DNA of 64,000 bases from the human T2T-CHM13v2.0 reference genome, Homo sapiens. The DNA lies in NCBI RefSeq assembly GCF_009914755.1, contig NC_060925.1; one strand, given 5' to 3'. Within the stretch, counting starts at the first letter, position 1; each line of letters opens with the position of its first letter. Both the position numbers and the translations under genes were made by a program. The notes beneath the pieces were generated by a model. It was given only the letters and a program-made list of their open reading frames with translations. It did no database searches and was not told the DNA's origin. Shown here in pieces: positions 36,250 to 56,890 of the stretch.

Positions 36250-37570
36250 CCGCGTCTAGCCCTGGGATCTGAGGCATCGTGGTCTTTTGCCCTCTGCTTT
36301 CCCTTCAGTTTCTCCAGGTCCTTCTCCAGCAGCCGCACAGGCCCCGCTGGGTTTCTCTCCAGCCAGGGAGAAACCCTCCTTTGTCCCGCTCCCGGCGGCG
36401 TAGGTCAGCGCTGACTGGGGCTCCCGCTCGCCCTGTGGAGCCGGCCCGGGTCTCCCTGCCGTTCGGCCGGCCCAGCCTTTCATCCTGACGCGCGGGGCCT
36501 CCCACCCAGCGGGACTCCCGCGTGGGCCGGCCTCTCGCGCCCCTCGGCTCGGGCCCCAGTCCGGGCCGGGCGGGGGTCGGCAGCCCCTGGGGGACCCGTG
36601 TGGGCAGCCCGGGCCCAGCCGGCCGCAGCCTGGGGCCGAGGACTCGCCGGGACCCGGAGGCGGCGGGGAGAGGGGGCGGGGAACGGGCCGGGCCTGGCGC
36701 TCCTGACAGGAGGAGCCGCTGCCGCCGCCCGCCGCTGCAGCCGCGCCGGGGCGGGCTGAGGGAGGAGCGGAGCCGAGGGGTGAGGACGCGGAAACGCGAG
36801 CCGGGACCGGCGGAGCGCGAGCGGGCCGGGTGCGAGCGGACTGAGGAGCGGAGCGCGACTGCCGGGCCGGGCGAGGCGGGCGGACGGCGGAGAGCGAGGG
36901 CGCCGTCGCCGTCTCTGAGACGCACAAAGGGCCGAGGCTGGGGCCGCCGCCGCCTCAGCGCGCGGGCCTGGAACCGGCAGCCCCCGGGGCTCGGCGAGAA
37001 GGCGGTGCGGGCGGCCATGGCCGGCTACGTGCCGGGTCAGCAGCCGGCCAACCGCAGCCAGGAGAAGGAGTTCGTGCAGGCGTACGAGGATGTGCTGGAG
37101 CGGTACAAAGGTAGGGCCGGGGACTGGCCGGCGCTGAGGCCCGCGGGCCGGCGCAGCGTGGCCTTCGGAGCCGGTCGGCTCGGCGGCTGCAGGTGGGGCG
37201 GCCGGGCGGGGTCGCACCCACCGCGCGGGGCTTGGCCCTGAGCTGCTGCTTCTCGGGGCCAGTTTATTTACAGAGTTGAGATAAGCCTTCGGAAACCGCC
37301 CCCGGGGCAGTCGGCGCGCTCAGAGCGCCAGTTACATGATTTGCCCTATTATCCGGCCCCAGCTGGAAGAAGGCGAGACAAGGCGCTGGCCTGGAGACCG
37401 GCCGCCGTGGGGAGTTGCTGGGGAGGAGGAGGAGGAGGAGTTGGGCGCGGGAGAAACCACCCGCTCTGCTCTGGGTGCGAGCTTCCTCCCAGAGGGGCTC
37501 GGACCTCTGTGTGCCCGCGGAGAGTCCCTCCCTCGCCCCCTTTTGTCTCTTTGAGTCTCGGATGAGTCGC
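36250..37570. promoter_or_regulatory. CpG island 2 / alternative MACF1 promoter
   Basis: Very high CpG density, GC boxes, contains the alternative first coding exon. Confidence 0.92.
37017..37110 (+). CDS. MACF1: MACF1 alternative first coding exon (dystonin-1/plectin-1f-like N-terminus), 31 codons + 1 nt
   Basis: Strong Kozak gcggccATGg. Peptide MAGYVPGQQPANRSQEKEFVQAYEDVLERYK resembles the recalled dystonin isoform-1 start (MAGYL...QAYEDVLERYK-DER). Donor AAG|GTAGGG at 37110/37111 is phase 1, same as the other exon. Lies in a CpG island. Confidence 0.9.
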
Positions 37571-39898
37571 GTGGAAGCCGAGGTTGGAAAGCACCTTGGT
37601 GTCTTCGGGGTGGGGTGGGCAGCGGTGTGGGTGAGTGTGCAGTTTTTGGTGGCGAGACCTTACCCCCTCCATCTCCCCGGGGGTCTGGGCCTGCTGGAGG
37701 TAGGGGTCTGTTTTTTTCCTCCCACATAAAGATTTGCCTTGGAGCTCGGATTTCAGCCCTGAAGGCTCTCTTGCGAGACACTTCTGCAAGTTAATGCCTA
37801 ATCTGCGCCTTGGGTGTATGGGGAGAAAGTTTTGACAGACAAGAGGGCCTGTGGACTGCATTTCCCTAACTGCTGTAGGTGCCCCTGAATGGAAGCCAGG
37901 GATGCGTGGCCTTGGGAGGCCCTTGCCTTGATCTTTAACATCCGGTTCTGGGAGTTTGCTTTGGCTGGCAGTTATGCTTTCCACAGACGGGGAGATTTTC
38001 CCAGAAACGACACAGGCAGCACTTTTCCCCATTTTATTCAGCTCGGGCCCTTGTGACTAGGCCCTTAGTTTCTTTTTATCTGAAGGAGAGGAAACTTCAG
38101 CCCCTATGACTGAGTCCAGCGTACTTGTTTACAGCACCTATCCAGTGAAGGGAAACTAATGAAGAAGCTGTAAAACGCCCCCCCCTCCCCCCTCCCCCCC
38201 ACTTTTTTTTTCTTGTGGCATTGGAACTCTGCTTGGGAATGCAGCAGGAAAAAAGTAGAGATGAAATGCGAAAAAAGACCTACTAGGGTTTTTGCTTGTT
38301 CCCTCTGCATCAGCTCCTGTAAACTGTCCAGCTTTTCCTGCCTGCAGCAAGTTTTCTGTCAACCCCCTGTGGTCTTTCTTTTTAAGAAATGTGGTTCATT
38401 TCAGAGCACAAAGAGGTTAGATTGTGCTGCTGAACTTCATTGAAAAAATGCTGCTCAGTGAATGGTTGCATTAAGTTTCCTTTGCAGGCTTTTGAGTAAC
38501 ACTGCTCTCTTCAGAGAGAGGAGATACATTAGGACCGTCCCGGGCTGTGACAGCTTCAAACCAGCAGAATTAAGACCCAAAATAGGTGAAGAAATCTCAG
38601 CACCTCACTGGATGGTAGTACTGGTGACCTCCAGCGGAAAGGAAGTTGGACTCCTAGCAAATGAGGCTGGGAAAGAAGGGGGCAGTAGGGCTTGTTCCAG
38701 GAGAGACCTCTTTTGTTCAGTTTTTTTTTTTTAGCTGTCTCACTCAGTTTGGCTTTCCTCTGAAGGGCCTTGATCAGGTGTATAGGAACTTAATCCTTCC
38801 CAGACACAGGTCTCTTTCTTGAGGGGAGGAATGAGTTAAAAATGGTTGCCCAAAGTAAATTACCTCGAGTTGTATACGGTGGTCGTGCAGTCTGCTCTTC
38901 TGATCGGTGCAGAACAATCTCTCTTCCCCCCACTGCACCGTTCTCACTGGGAGGTCAGAGTGGCTTAGCATCCGGGCCTTTGTTACTTTGCTTATGGAAT
39001 TCCTGCATTTTCCAGACTTAGAAATCCCCGTACTACCTTAATAGGAGAACAGTTTGTCTAAGCAGAGGAGTGAGCTGGAATCTATAGAGTGACCAGGGGA
39101 AGGAGTTTGTGAGGATCATGCCACGTATTGGTTTTGGAAAGAGATGGGAAAATAGATATTGATGATGGTGGGGTGTTCTAGACCCTTATTGGCTGGTCAC
39201 CACATTACTTGGATCTCTCTCTGCTGCTATTAATTTGTAGTCACCTCATTATACAGGCTGAAGCAGGATTTTTATATGCAGAAGGAGAGCTAAAATTTTC
39301 AGCTGCCTAAACTGCCCCTAGGGCCAATGGGAGAAGGGCAGTAATGTATTTGGAGTGTGAGGGAAGCAGAGCTGTGTGTAGTGCAGCTGTATTAGGAATG
39401 GTAGTCAAGTATGGGTTTTCCAGAACTGTGCTTGGCAACCATTTTTTTTTTTTTTTCTGTGTGGTGGCAGTGAGCATGGTCTTGGCAGGATTAGATGATT
39501 CAGCATGGAAATAAATGCTCTCCCTTATTTCCTAAATGTCCCAAAGGTTCTTTCAGATAGCTGGCCAGTAAACAGGAGGCATTAGATAATAACACTGGAT
39601 TCTAACAGTTCAGAGTGGGCAGCAGCCAAGAGAACCAGGGTATATCCTTCATTTCCCCAATTCTCTGACAGTCATTAAAGTCTCTCTTGGAGGTGCCACA
39701 ATGTTAGATGCCAGAATTCTGAATGAGATCTGGTTCCTGCCCTTGGTTATTCCATCTAGTAAGGGAAAGATACTTGCAAACAAGTAGTTGTCATACTGTG
39801 ATAAGTGCTAGAACAGAGATAGTATGGAAGCCAGAGGAAGGCTGAAACCCTATTTGGATTTACCTGGGAGATTTGACAAAGGAGGTGACATGAGAGGG

Positions 39899-45972
<6,074 letters not shown>

Positions 45973-46014
45973 GAAATATTAATTTTAGAGTAATCAGAGA
46001 AAGCCGCATGAAGA

Positions 46015-47750
46015 ATAAATTAATAAGTATTTATTGAATGTCTACCATGAACCAGGGAGTAGGTGATGTGCTGAGAAGACAAAGATATTGTCCTTGTCTC
46101 TCTATGATCTTACTGTTAAATGGAGGAAACATATTGGCAAACTGACAGTTACTGTCTATTGTAGGGAGGGCTATCATATAGATAAATGCTGATGCTGTGG
46201 TAGTGAAGAGGAGTACCCAGTATAGCCAGAGTGAGAAAGTGTCCAGGAAGGCATCCAAGAGTAAGTGAAACCTGAACTGTTACCTAAAGGATGTGGGACC
46301 CTGAGCAAAAAGTTTGGGGAAAGAGCATTCTGGGCAGCATGAACAGAAGTAAGGGGATGAGCAAGCTTGAGAGGGGGAATATTGGGCATTGATAAGGTTG
46401 GAGCATAGGATGTGAGGGAAGGAGAGATGAGATGAGATAGGGAGAGTGGGCAGGACAAAAATGTTGACTGGCTTTGTATGTCATATTGTATAGAGCTTGG
46501 ACTTTATCCTAAAGGCTTTTGGGAGCCATTGAATAAAAGTAGGCAAGGAAGACTATGCTTAGATTTACATTTTAGGAGTACTTTTCCTCTGGCAGCAGTG
46601 CCAAGGAAGGTAGGGGCGAGGAGGAAAGACTAGTGGCAGACAAGTTAGGAAGCTGTCACAGGAATTTAGGCAGGGAGTGAAACTAAGGTTGTGAAAATAG
46701 TAATGTAATAAAGCAGGCAAATCAAGAAATGTGAAGGGGTAACATCCATGTGTTTTGATGACTAATTGTATGTGGTATATGAGGGGGAGAGGGAAGAACC
46801 TAGGATGACTTGGAGGTTTCTGGCTTGAGTATTTGTGTGGGTGGGTCGTGTCATGAACTAAAATAGAGAATATAAGAGGAGGAAGGTTATTTTCTGTGAA
46901 GTGGTGGCAGTGATGGTCCACGAGAAGATACTGAGTTTAATTTAGGTTACATTGCGGTCGAGGCTTCTGAGGGATGCTAGGTAGAGATGTCCAGGAGGTA
47001 GTTGGTTGTAATGAACATGAAACTTAGGAGAGTGATAGGTGAGAGGGTGAGAGAGTCATCAGCTTATCAAACCACAGCCATAGGAGGGGAGAAGGAGCTG
47101 GCTTTAGGAGTGTATGTATATTGAGACAAAAACTCTGGGGAACTCCAACAGGAGAGTGGTGTCAGAAGCAGAGAAAGAGGATCTCCTGAAGGAAATTGTC
47201 CACAGAAAGGGAGTGGCCAGAAAGGTAAGAGGAACAGGAGAGAAGTGAGTTTCAAGGAGAGTGTGACACACATTGTAGATTATGCAGAGGTCAAATAAGG
47301 CAAAGACTACAGATGTCCAAAATAAAGGTTACTGCTACTGGAACATTTTCAGTGGAGTTGTGGGAAGTGAATGGAAAGTGCAGAAGAGGAGTCAGTGACC
47401 TTTGGAACTTGGACTTTGAAGGAAGAGAGAGGAGGAAGACAGGTGAAGAAGGGTGGGGAGAGTTTTGTTTATGTATTGTAACACAGGAGAGACTTGAGCA
47501 TGTTTATTTTAAGTGCTGTTTTGAAAGAGCCAGTAGAGAAGGAAGATATAATACAATTCAAAGACGGGGAGAAAAATTGATGGAGCATGGGCTCTAGAGT
47601 CAAAAGTTGTGTCTTTTAGAAAGATCAGAGGGTTAAAAATAAGAATGCAGGTGATTAAGTTGGTTGGTTAGAGGTGTAGGAACTTGAGGGAATTTCTCCT
47701 GATGCTCATACTCTCTCTATGAAGTAGGAGGTGAAGTTATTTGCTGAGAG
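46015..47750 (-). mobile_element. Long degenerate L2 fragment
   Basis: Begins with the L2 3'-end motif tatttattgaatgtctac, followed by a purine-rich L2 body (gagcttggactttatcctaaagg, gatgacttggaggtttctggcttgag). Confidence 0.7.
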
Positions 47751-48929
47751 TCAGGAGGAAGGAAAGAAGGGGTGAGTGTGTATGTGTGTGTGTGTGTGTG
47801 TGCACGTGTGTGTGTGTATGTGTGTGTGTTTTCCCTCTAGCCCTAGAAGCACTCAACAACCTGATTGTAATAGATTCCAAGGCAGACAGGTAGATTGATC
47901 TAGGATCAGAATTTTCCAGCATAGTTTTGACGGAAGAATATGGGGTCCTTGTAGTTTGTCTTAAAATGTAGCATCAGTTTGATTATTGATTGTTTGTACT
48001 GTTGTTCTCTGGCTGGCTTGTATTTTGGCTCCCCAGTGAAATTGTCTACTCCTCTGGGAAGAAGCATATATGTAACTTTTGCATTCCTGCCTGTCATTTA
48101 GCTAAATACTATGCAGAAATTAATTCTTAAGTTTTTGTTGAGATAATTTGACTTTTGGACAGGACATCTTGACTCTTGACATAGAGAGAGGCTTTCCTCA
48201 CTTGTGGTCTTTAATCCCCATCTCATTATCTGACATGGATAGTGGAGGATTCACTCACTCTCCATGAGTGAACTCCAGGCCTAGCTTCTTCATTAGTCTT
48301 AACAGGTTAGCTTTACTACTCTCCCCAGGGCAGTTGAGCTTTGCTTTCCATGAAGGTTATGTAGTTAATTTGTACTAGGCTTGTGAAGACCTGGGTGTTT
48401 ACAAGACTGGACAGAGAGGCTGTTGTGGAAAATGCAGCCTCCTTCTTGTTTATTTTGGCAGGCAGGCAATGAAGGAGATAGATTTGTTCTCATGACTCAG
48501 AGCCCTACCTGCTTTACCTTAACAGGTTCAATATAACCACCACCTTTCAGATGTGATAGTGTCCTTCAGAGTTTATCTGACCTTTATATCTAAAAAGAGT
48601 ATTAGTTACCCTTTGCCCTCTACTTGCTTGGTTTTTTTTCACTTTTATTCCAGTGTAGAGGATATTTCCTAATGTGTTAGGGCCAGCTCAGAATTGATGT
48701 AGTTCTTTCCCATTGGCACATTCCGCATCTTTGTTTGTTTATTGCCATGTTCGCCACAGTGTGCCTTGTTTTGCGCTCCTTGTTTTGTGAAGCTGGACTC
48801 TTATCAGATAAACTTGCCATGAGTCACACTGGGGAGTGGAAGTATGTCTCCACTAATTTGGAGAATCTTTGATCTTGTTTCACTCCCTGGTTTGGCTTGT
48901 CCAGTGCAATTTGTCTCTCAACCTGAAAG

Positions 48930-48931
<2 letters not shown>

Positions 48932-48965
<34 letters not shown>
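48932..48965. repeat. (GT)n microsatellite; an interrupted one lies at 47774-47829
   Basis: Directly visible. Confidence 0.95.
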
Positions 48966-48969
<4 letters not shown>

Positions 48970-50555
48970 GGGTGTCCCTTGCCTGTGGCTTCACCTGTTG
49001 CCATGAATGGTTGACTTCAGGGCATGCCCCTTTGTGTATACAGACTTCCTCTACTATTGTTATCACCATCAGCAAAAATGTCTCTGTTAAGAGCCTCTTT
49101 GAATGTAGAATATAGTATATAACACTGAGAGTTCATAAACCCTCTGTCCTCTAGGGATTTACAGTATATAATACACATTACAAATGACAAAAGACAATAA
49201 AGAATGTGTAAGCGGTTGAACAAATAATGGATTATTGCTCCTCATTTAGCTATCATATTCACAGTAGAAGATATCCTAAAAAGACATGTAGTCAGTGAGG
49301 AAGAGGATTAACAGAGACCAGATCATCTTCAGCTCCAACTAAGATGGCAGAGAGCTGCCACCTGTGGCCCTTTGATGCCAGGTAATTTCTCTCTGATATC
49401 CTTTCTAGTCACGCAGGACCTTTTTGCCATATTATCTATACATATGGGGCAGGATCCTAACAGGACCTTTGCTCTCTAGTGGTAACCTGTCACTGAAATG
49501 GGAGGCTCCAGTTTCCAGCAGGGAGAGTGCCTGGAAGGCTTGGCTCTTCTGGTACAGTTATCTTTGTAACTTGAGAAAATTTATTCCAGACCTACTACAA
49601 ACATTCGTGTGCTCACAAGCACCACAGACAGAGCAGCAGCCAAAGCTAGCTGCAGCCTGAGCATGGGTCAGTGTAGGGAAAGAAGCTAACTGACCTGGCC
49701 TGAGTCACCTCTAGAGGGGAAGAATGTAGGACTTGTCCCAGCCTTTGTTGGTTAGTTTCCCAAATGGAAAACAGGGACCAGAGTAGGTGGGGTACTTTGA
49801 GGTCCTCATACCTTTCAGAGGACTGGATCCTTGTTTTCATTCTTGTTCTTATTGTTAATAAGTGTAATAACAGTATTCATGTAACACTGCCTTTATTAGG
49901 AAGAATGAGGAACTGCCAAAGGGCTGGAAATTTTCTTTACTTTCCCTGTGGGAGAGAAAGATAGATGGAGCATTAGGTGCCCATCTCTCAGGCCTCCTTT
50001 CTCTGATTATCCTGTGGGAAGTACCTGGAAAGCAGTGAGGCATTGGAAGGAATGGTCTAGGCCTTGGCATGAGTATGTGGTCGTGAAGGCATAAGACAAA
50101 ATATCTTGTGTAGCTGTAGCACAGGTGCTGTGGTAAGAGGAAATAGGTTTGGGGGCAGTATTAAGGGGGCTAATAAGCGCAGAAAATAGTATTTGTTGCT
50201 GTCGTTAGTTACTTCACTTTGCCTTGCCTATATGTATTGTCTGACAGCAGAGCCGAAACTCCAGCATCCTTTTGTCTCCTCCTCCTCCTCCTCTTTTTCT
50301 TATTTTCTGACTTATAAAGATGTATATCTTCAATAAATAAGCTTGTGATGATATGGAAAGTTAAATAAATAAAAGTTCTAGAAATTGGAAAACTAAATGG
50401 TGATTTCATTGTGGTCTTTAAATATAACAAGTGTTATAGGCCACGGTGGCTCACACCTGTAATCCCAGCACTTTGGGAGGCCAAGGCGGGCAGATCACCT
50501 GAGATCAGGAGTTCTAGACCAGCGGGACCAACATGGAGAAACCCCGTCTGTACTA

Positions 50556-50759
<204 letters not shown>

Positions 50760-51785
50760 TTATAATTGTAATTCTTGTAATTCCTTAAGCCAAAACTCCA
50801 TTATAACATTTCTTAGTTTGTTGTTGTTGTTGTTGTTACTTTTTGTGTGTATTTGTTTGAACTTCCCAGCTGTATTGTGATCTCTTTGAAGGTCTAGATT
50901 GTGTCTGATGAGATGCATATGATGCACTTCATGAATTGAGCTACTTTGCAAATGATGCTGGTTGTTTTATTTCTTAGTGTTTTCAGCAACTTCCAGCACC
51001 TTTCACAATGTTTCTTTCCACGTGGTTGTCCCACAGATGTTGCATACTTGATATGTCCAAAAGGGGCATTGTTGTCCCCCTCCCTGCTCCTGGACCTGCC
51101 TCTTCTTCTATGTTCCCGATTTTAGTGAATGCTTTTCCCGTCCATCCAGTGGAGAAATTCTAAATACTGAATGCTTTGTGTATACTAAATATATATTCTG
51201 TCCATTTCATAGTTTAAAGTGTTGCTATCAGATGGAGAATTGTAATGTGCAGAATATAATAAAGCCTCTTTTTTTTTTTTTTTTTTTTTTGAGACAGAGT
51301 TTTGCTCTTGTTGCCCAGGCTAAAGAAGTGCAATGGCATGATCTCGGCTCACCGCAACCTCTGCCTCCCAGGTTCAAGCGATTCTACTGCCTCAGCCTCC
51401 TGAGTAGCTGGGATTACAGACATGCGGCACCACGCTTGGCTAATTTTGTATTTTTTAGTAGAGACGGGGTTTCTCCATATTGATGAGGCTGGTCTTGAAC
51501 TTCTGATCTCAGGTGATCCACCTGTCTTGGCCTCCGAAAGTGCTGGGATTACAGGCGTGAGCCACCGCACCTGGCCAATAAAGCCTCTTTATACCATTTT
51601 CTAATTTCTATTTCATAGAATTTTAAAACTGCATAAGCCTTTAACCTCTGTTTCTCAAATTCACTTTCCCCTTTGGAATGTTATAATTCTACTTCACCTG
51701 ACTCCTGGAACTCCCTGTTATCATGTAACATATTTTAATTATTTTGATTGTTGTCTGAGTCTTCCTACTACAAGAGTGAGACTGA

Positions 51786-51935
<150 letters not shown>

Positions 51936-52071
51936 TAGTAGACACAGGGTTTCACCATGTTGGCCAGGCAGGTCTCGAACTCCTGACCTCGTGATCTGCC
52001 CGCCTTGGCCTCCCAAAGTGTTGGGATTACAGGTGTGAGCCACCACACCCGGCCAACAATGCAAACTTCTT

Positions 52072-52333
52072 TTAAAAATTTGTTTTTAAATTTTTTGTGG
52101 GTACATAATAGGTGTATGTATTTATGAGGTACATGAGATGTTTTGATACAGGCATGCAATGTGAAATAAGCACATCATGGAGAATGGGGTGTCTATCCCC
52201 TCAAGCATTTATCTTTGTGTTGCAAACAATCTAATTACACTCTAAGTTATTTTAAAATGTATAGTTAAGTTATTATTGACTATAGTCACCCTTTTGTGCT
52301 ATCAAATAGTAGGTCTTATTCTAACTATTTTTT
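52072..52333 (-). mobile_element. L1MA-type 3' end fused to the U6 copy
   Basis: Typical L1MA 3' UTR words (gtgggtacataataggtgta...tttgatacaggcatgcaat...gactatagtcacc...gtgctatcaaata) with an A-rich tail on the - strand. Confidence 0.82.
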
Positions 52334-52437
52334 AAAAATGTGGAACACTTCACGAATTTGTGTGTCATCCTTGTGCAGGGGCCTCCCTAACCTCTCTGTT
52401 GTTCCAATTTTAGTATATGTGTTGCTTAAGTGAGCAC
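52334..52437 (-). pseudogene. Near full-length U6 snRNA retropseudogene (5' part of a U6/L1 chimera)
   Basis: Reverse complement reads GTGCTCACTTAAGCAACACATATACTAAAATTGGAAC...CCCCTGCACAAGGATGACACACAAATTCGTGAAGTGTTCCACATTTTT, matching U6 with CpG decay and small indels. Confidence 0.93.
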
Positions 52438-54539
52438 TAGAATGCAAACTTCTTAAGAATAGAGGTTTTTATTTGTGTATTAACTAATTTCCCTAGCACC
52501 TAGAAGAGTTTCTGGTATAAAGTAGCTGCTCCAATCAATATTGAATGAATGAATTGGAAATGTTAAGTTAGTTCACTCTTGTTCCCCATAAGGAAAAGAG
52601 GCATGGAAAGGCACAATAACTTGCTCAAGCTAACGCCATATCTCCTTACCAGGTAAGTGGGTTTTAAAAAAGTTTAAATAAAACGATGCTTAATCACAGT
52701 TCCTTTATGTGATTTGGTACTAATGTGTATTATGGACTTAACTGTATTATCTCTATGAAAAGGGGTGGGGGAAGCAAAAGGGAAGAAGCTAATATATATT
52801 GAGTCCTTACTATATGCCGGGTATTTTGTTTTATTTTATTTATTTATTTATTTATTTATTTGAGACAGAGTCTTGCTTTGTTGCCTGGTCTGGAGTGCGG
52901 TGGCACTATCTCGGCTCACTACAACTTCGCCTCCCGGGTTCAAGTGATTCTTGTGCCTCAGCCTGCTGAGTAGCTGGGACTAGGCGCGTGCCACCACTCT
53001 GGGCTAACTTTTTATATTTTTAGTAGAGACGGGGTTTCGCCATTTTGGCCAGGCTAGTCTCAAACTCCTGACCTCAGGTAGTCCGCTCGTCTTGGCCTCC
53101 CAAAGTGCTAGGATTATAGGCGTGAGCCACCGCGCCAGGCCAGTCTTATTTAATTGTCATAAATGATATCCTATGATAGTCCAGTAACCTTACTAGATTT
53201 TACAGATGAGAGAACTGAGGCTTAAGGAACCTAAATCACTTCCCAGAGGGTCACACAGCTAGTAAGTGACTGAACTGGGTTTTGAACCCAGGCCCGATTA
53301 ACTCCATTTGGCCCTCTTTTACCTTAAGGCACAGGAAAATTTTGGATTTGTGGTCTGGGTTGCTTTAAGATTCCCAGATCAGACTACTCTTGAAAATGGT
53401 CTGATTTGAACTACTCAAGTAGAGTTACAAAAATTGTTTACCTTAAGACAGCCCCATGGAGCAGTGGGGTTGTGTCTGTAGCGCTCTTGAGTAAAAAAAA
53501 ATTCTGTGTTGCACATACTCCCACTCAGTTGTATCGTATATAATTCACATTTCAGACTTTCTTTTTAACCAGGGATCCAGAATAACTACAGAAAGGTGAT
53601 TATGTAACATACTTGTACAGTGCAGCCACTTCTGTGTTTGGTAATATTCTTTTTTTTTTTTTTTTTGAGATGGAGTCTTGTTCTGTCACTCAGGCTGGAG
53701 TACAGTGGCGCGATGTCGGCTCACTACAACCTCTGCCTCCTGGATTCAAGCAATTCTGTACCTCAGCCTCCCGAGTAGCTGTGATTACAGGTGCCCACCA
53801 TCATGCCTGGCTAATTTTTTGTATTTTTAGTAGAGATGGGGTTTCACCATCTTGGCCAGGCTAGTCTTGAACTCCTGACCTCATGATCCACCTGCCTCAG
53901 CCTCCCAAAGTGCTGGGATTACAGGCGTGAGCCACTGTGCTCGGCTGGTAGTACTGTTAAGCGCTAAGAGCACAAACAAAAACTATGTCTAAAATGTAGG
54001 GCAGGTAGAGCAGGTGAGGATTAAACCCAGTTGAAATCAGCGGTTTCAGTAGTAAGTGGGCAGATCATAATTACCTGTGTTGCTCAGAGACCTAAGCTGA
54101 GAGTGGGGGTGGGGAAAGGTCACACCCATTATCTTTGGAGAAATGATGAGAGTAAATAACCCATAGTTTCCAGTTTATTCCAGAAGCATTCTCGCCAGAG
54201 TCACAATGTTGAAGTGGGTTTTGAGTTAGACCTTGTTACCCCAGATCATCCAAGGTTAACATAGTTTCCTTAGATACCACAGCCATTCATTGTGAACGCT
54301 GTTAGCTTCCTCTTAGGTAGCTTTATGTAGCCTACCTTAGAAAGGAGGGTGGGGTCTGGGAGGGGAGAGGAGGGAATAGCAAAAGTAGCAGAGAAACAAA
54401 GGACTAATTAGGAGGTTCCTCAGTCATTTGGGAGTAGATCTTTTTCATTAGCTGATCACTGAGATCAAGGATGGAGGTGGTGATCCAGGAGGAGGAGGAG
54501 TTGTAGTAATCAGAAGCAGAATAGCATAACTTGGCAGTC

Positions 54540-55626
<1,087 letters not shown>

Positions 55627-55639
55627 AAGTTTGTGATTA

Positions 55640-56890
55640 GGTGGTTAGTGCAAGGGGCTTTGGAGTTGGACAGACCTGGGATTGAAACCTGGTTTGGCCA
55701 CTTACTACCTGTGTGACTTTAGATAAATTATTTGAACTCTCTGTGACAGTTTCTCATATGTGTAATAGGGGAACTCTCTATTTCATAGGGTTGTGGGGGA
55801 GAGTAAATGACATGGTGCATTTTGCAACTGACACTATCTTAGATTTAATGAAATTTAGTAATGTCTGTATCATATTAAGCACTGAGTCTAGCACAGCCTA
55901 GCATACTCAATAAGTGTTATTACTAATAATTAAATTAGGCAAATTTACAGGAATAAAGAGGCTTTCTCCTCTTCCTCTTTTTCTCTTTATCTCTCAATGA
56001 GTACGTTTGTCTGCAGTTTTATAAAGCTGTATTGTGTGTGTACACTCTTTGGTGTTTTGCCTAGCATTATTTAATGGTAGTTATAGCAGCAGCATTAACA
56101 CATCTTGTACTTATTAATGTGCCAGGCATAATTTTTATGTACTTTATGCATATATTATTTCATTCAGTCCTTAGAGCAACCATGTGAAATAAATATTATC
56201 TCCATTTTCGGATGAAGAAACAGAACAAACAGGTTAAGTGACTTGCCTGAGATCACATAGCCAGTCAGTGGCAGAATCAGGATTTGAGCTGAGACACTCT
56301 TATTCCAGCATCTGTGCTCTATTTTCATGTATTGCTATTGCTCTCAAACTTATGTGGTGTGATGGAAATCAGGAAACTTTGATTGGATACTTGATTCTGC
56401 CACTAATTTATTTGTGACCTTGGTCAAGTCACTTGTCGTCTTTGGGCCTATTTCCTTATTATAAAAATGGAGGGATTATCAAACTCAAAAGCAATTAAAC
56501 AAAAAAAGACAAAAAATGAAAAAAGAGTAAAACACAAAAACGGAGGGATTAGATGAGATTTGTAAAGTCTGTTCAGTGATTCATTCAACATATAGTGATT
56601 TCAAGCAAAGATTGGAAGAAAATTTTATCTAGGGAATTGGTTCAAAAGTACTTGTTCAAGCAGGTTGGTGTCATTAAGAACAAGGGGTTTGAATCTTGAC
56701 TCAGCCACTTCCTGGCTATATGACCTTGGGCAACTTACTTAACCTTTCTAAACATTGATTTCCTCGTTAGTAGTGGGGAGAATAGTTCTTACCTTGCAGG
56801 GATATTGTGAGGTTTGAATAAGATAATACGTATTAGCACCTAGCATATGTGAAACATACAGTGGATACTCAATATCCGTGAGTTGTCTTT
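55640..56890. mobile_element. MIR cluster (further MIRs at ~10600-10850, 16470-16690, 22690-22900, 53150-53320, 58745-59000)
   Basis: MIR words (gtgtgactttagataaattatttgaactctctg, tgaccttgggcaacttacttaacc). Confidence 0.75.

Noticed and set aside
36256-38032. Antisense 223-245 aa ORFs over CpG island 2
   Set aside because: GC-content artefact; the recognisable coding signal is on the + strand.
48243-48277. Short hairpin tggag..ttcactca/tgagtgaa..ctcca
   Set aside because: Too short for a pre-miRNA and expected by chance.
49330-49370. CTCF-like words (also ~34678-34691 and ~49709-49721)
   Set aside because: Several mismatches to the core motif; cannot be called without a PWM scan or ChIP data.
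52334-52437. Functional U6 gene
   Set aside because: Multiple substitutions and indels, TSD and L1 fusion, and L2 sequence upstream instead of a recognisable PSE/TATA promoter.
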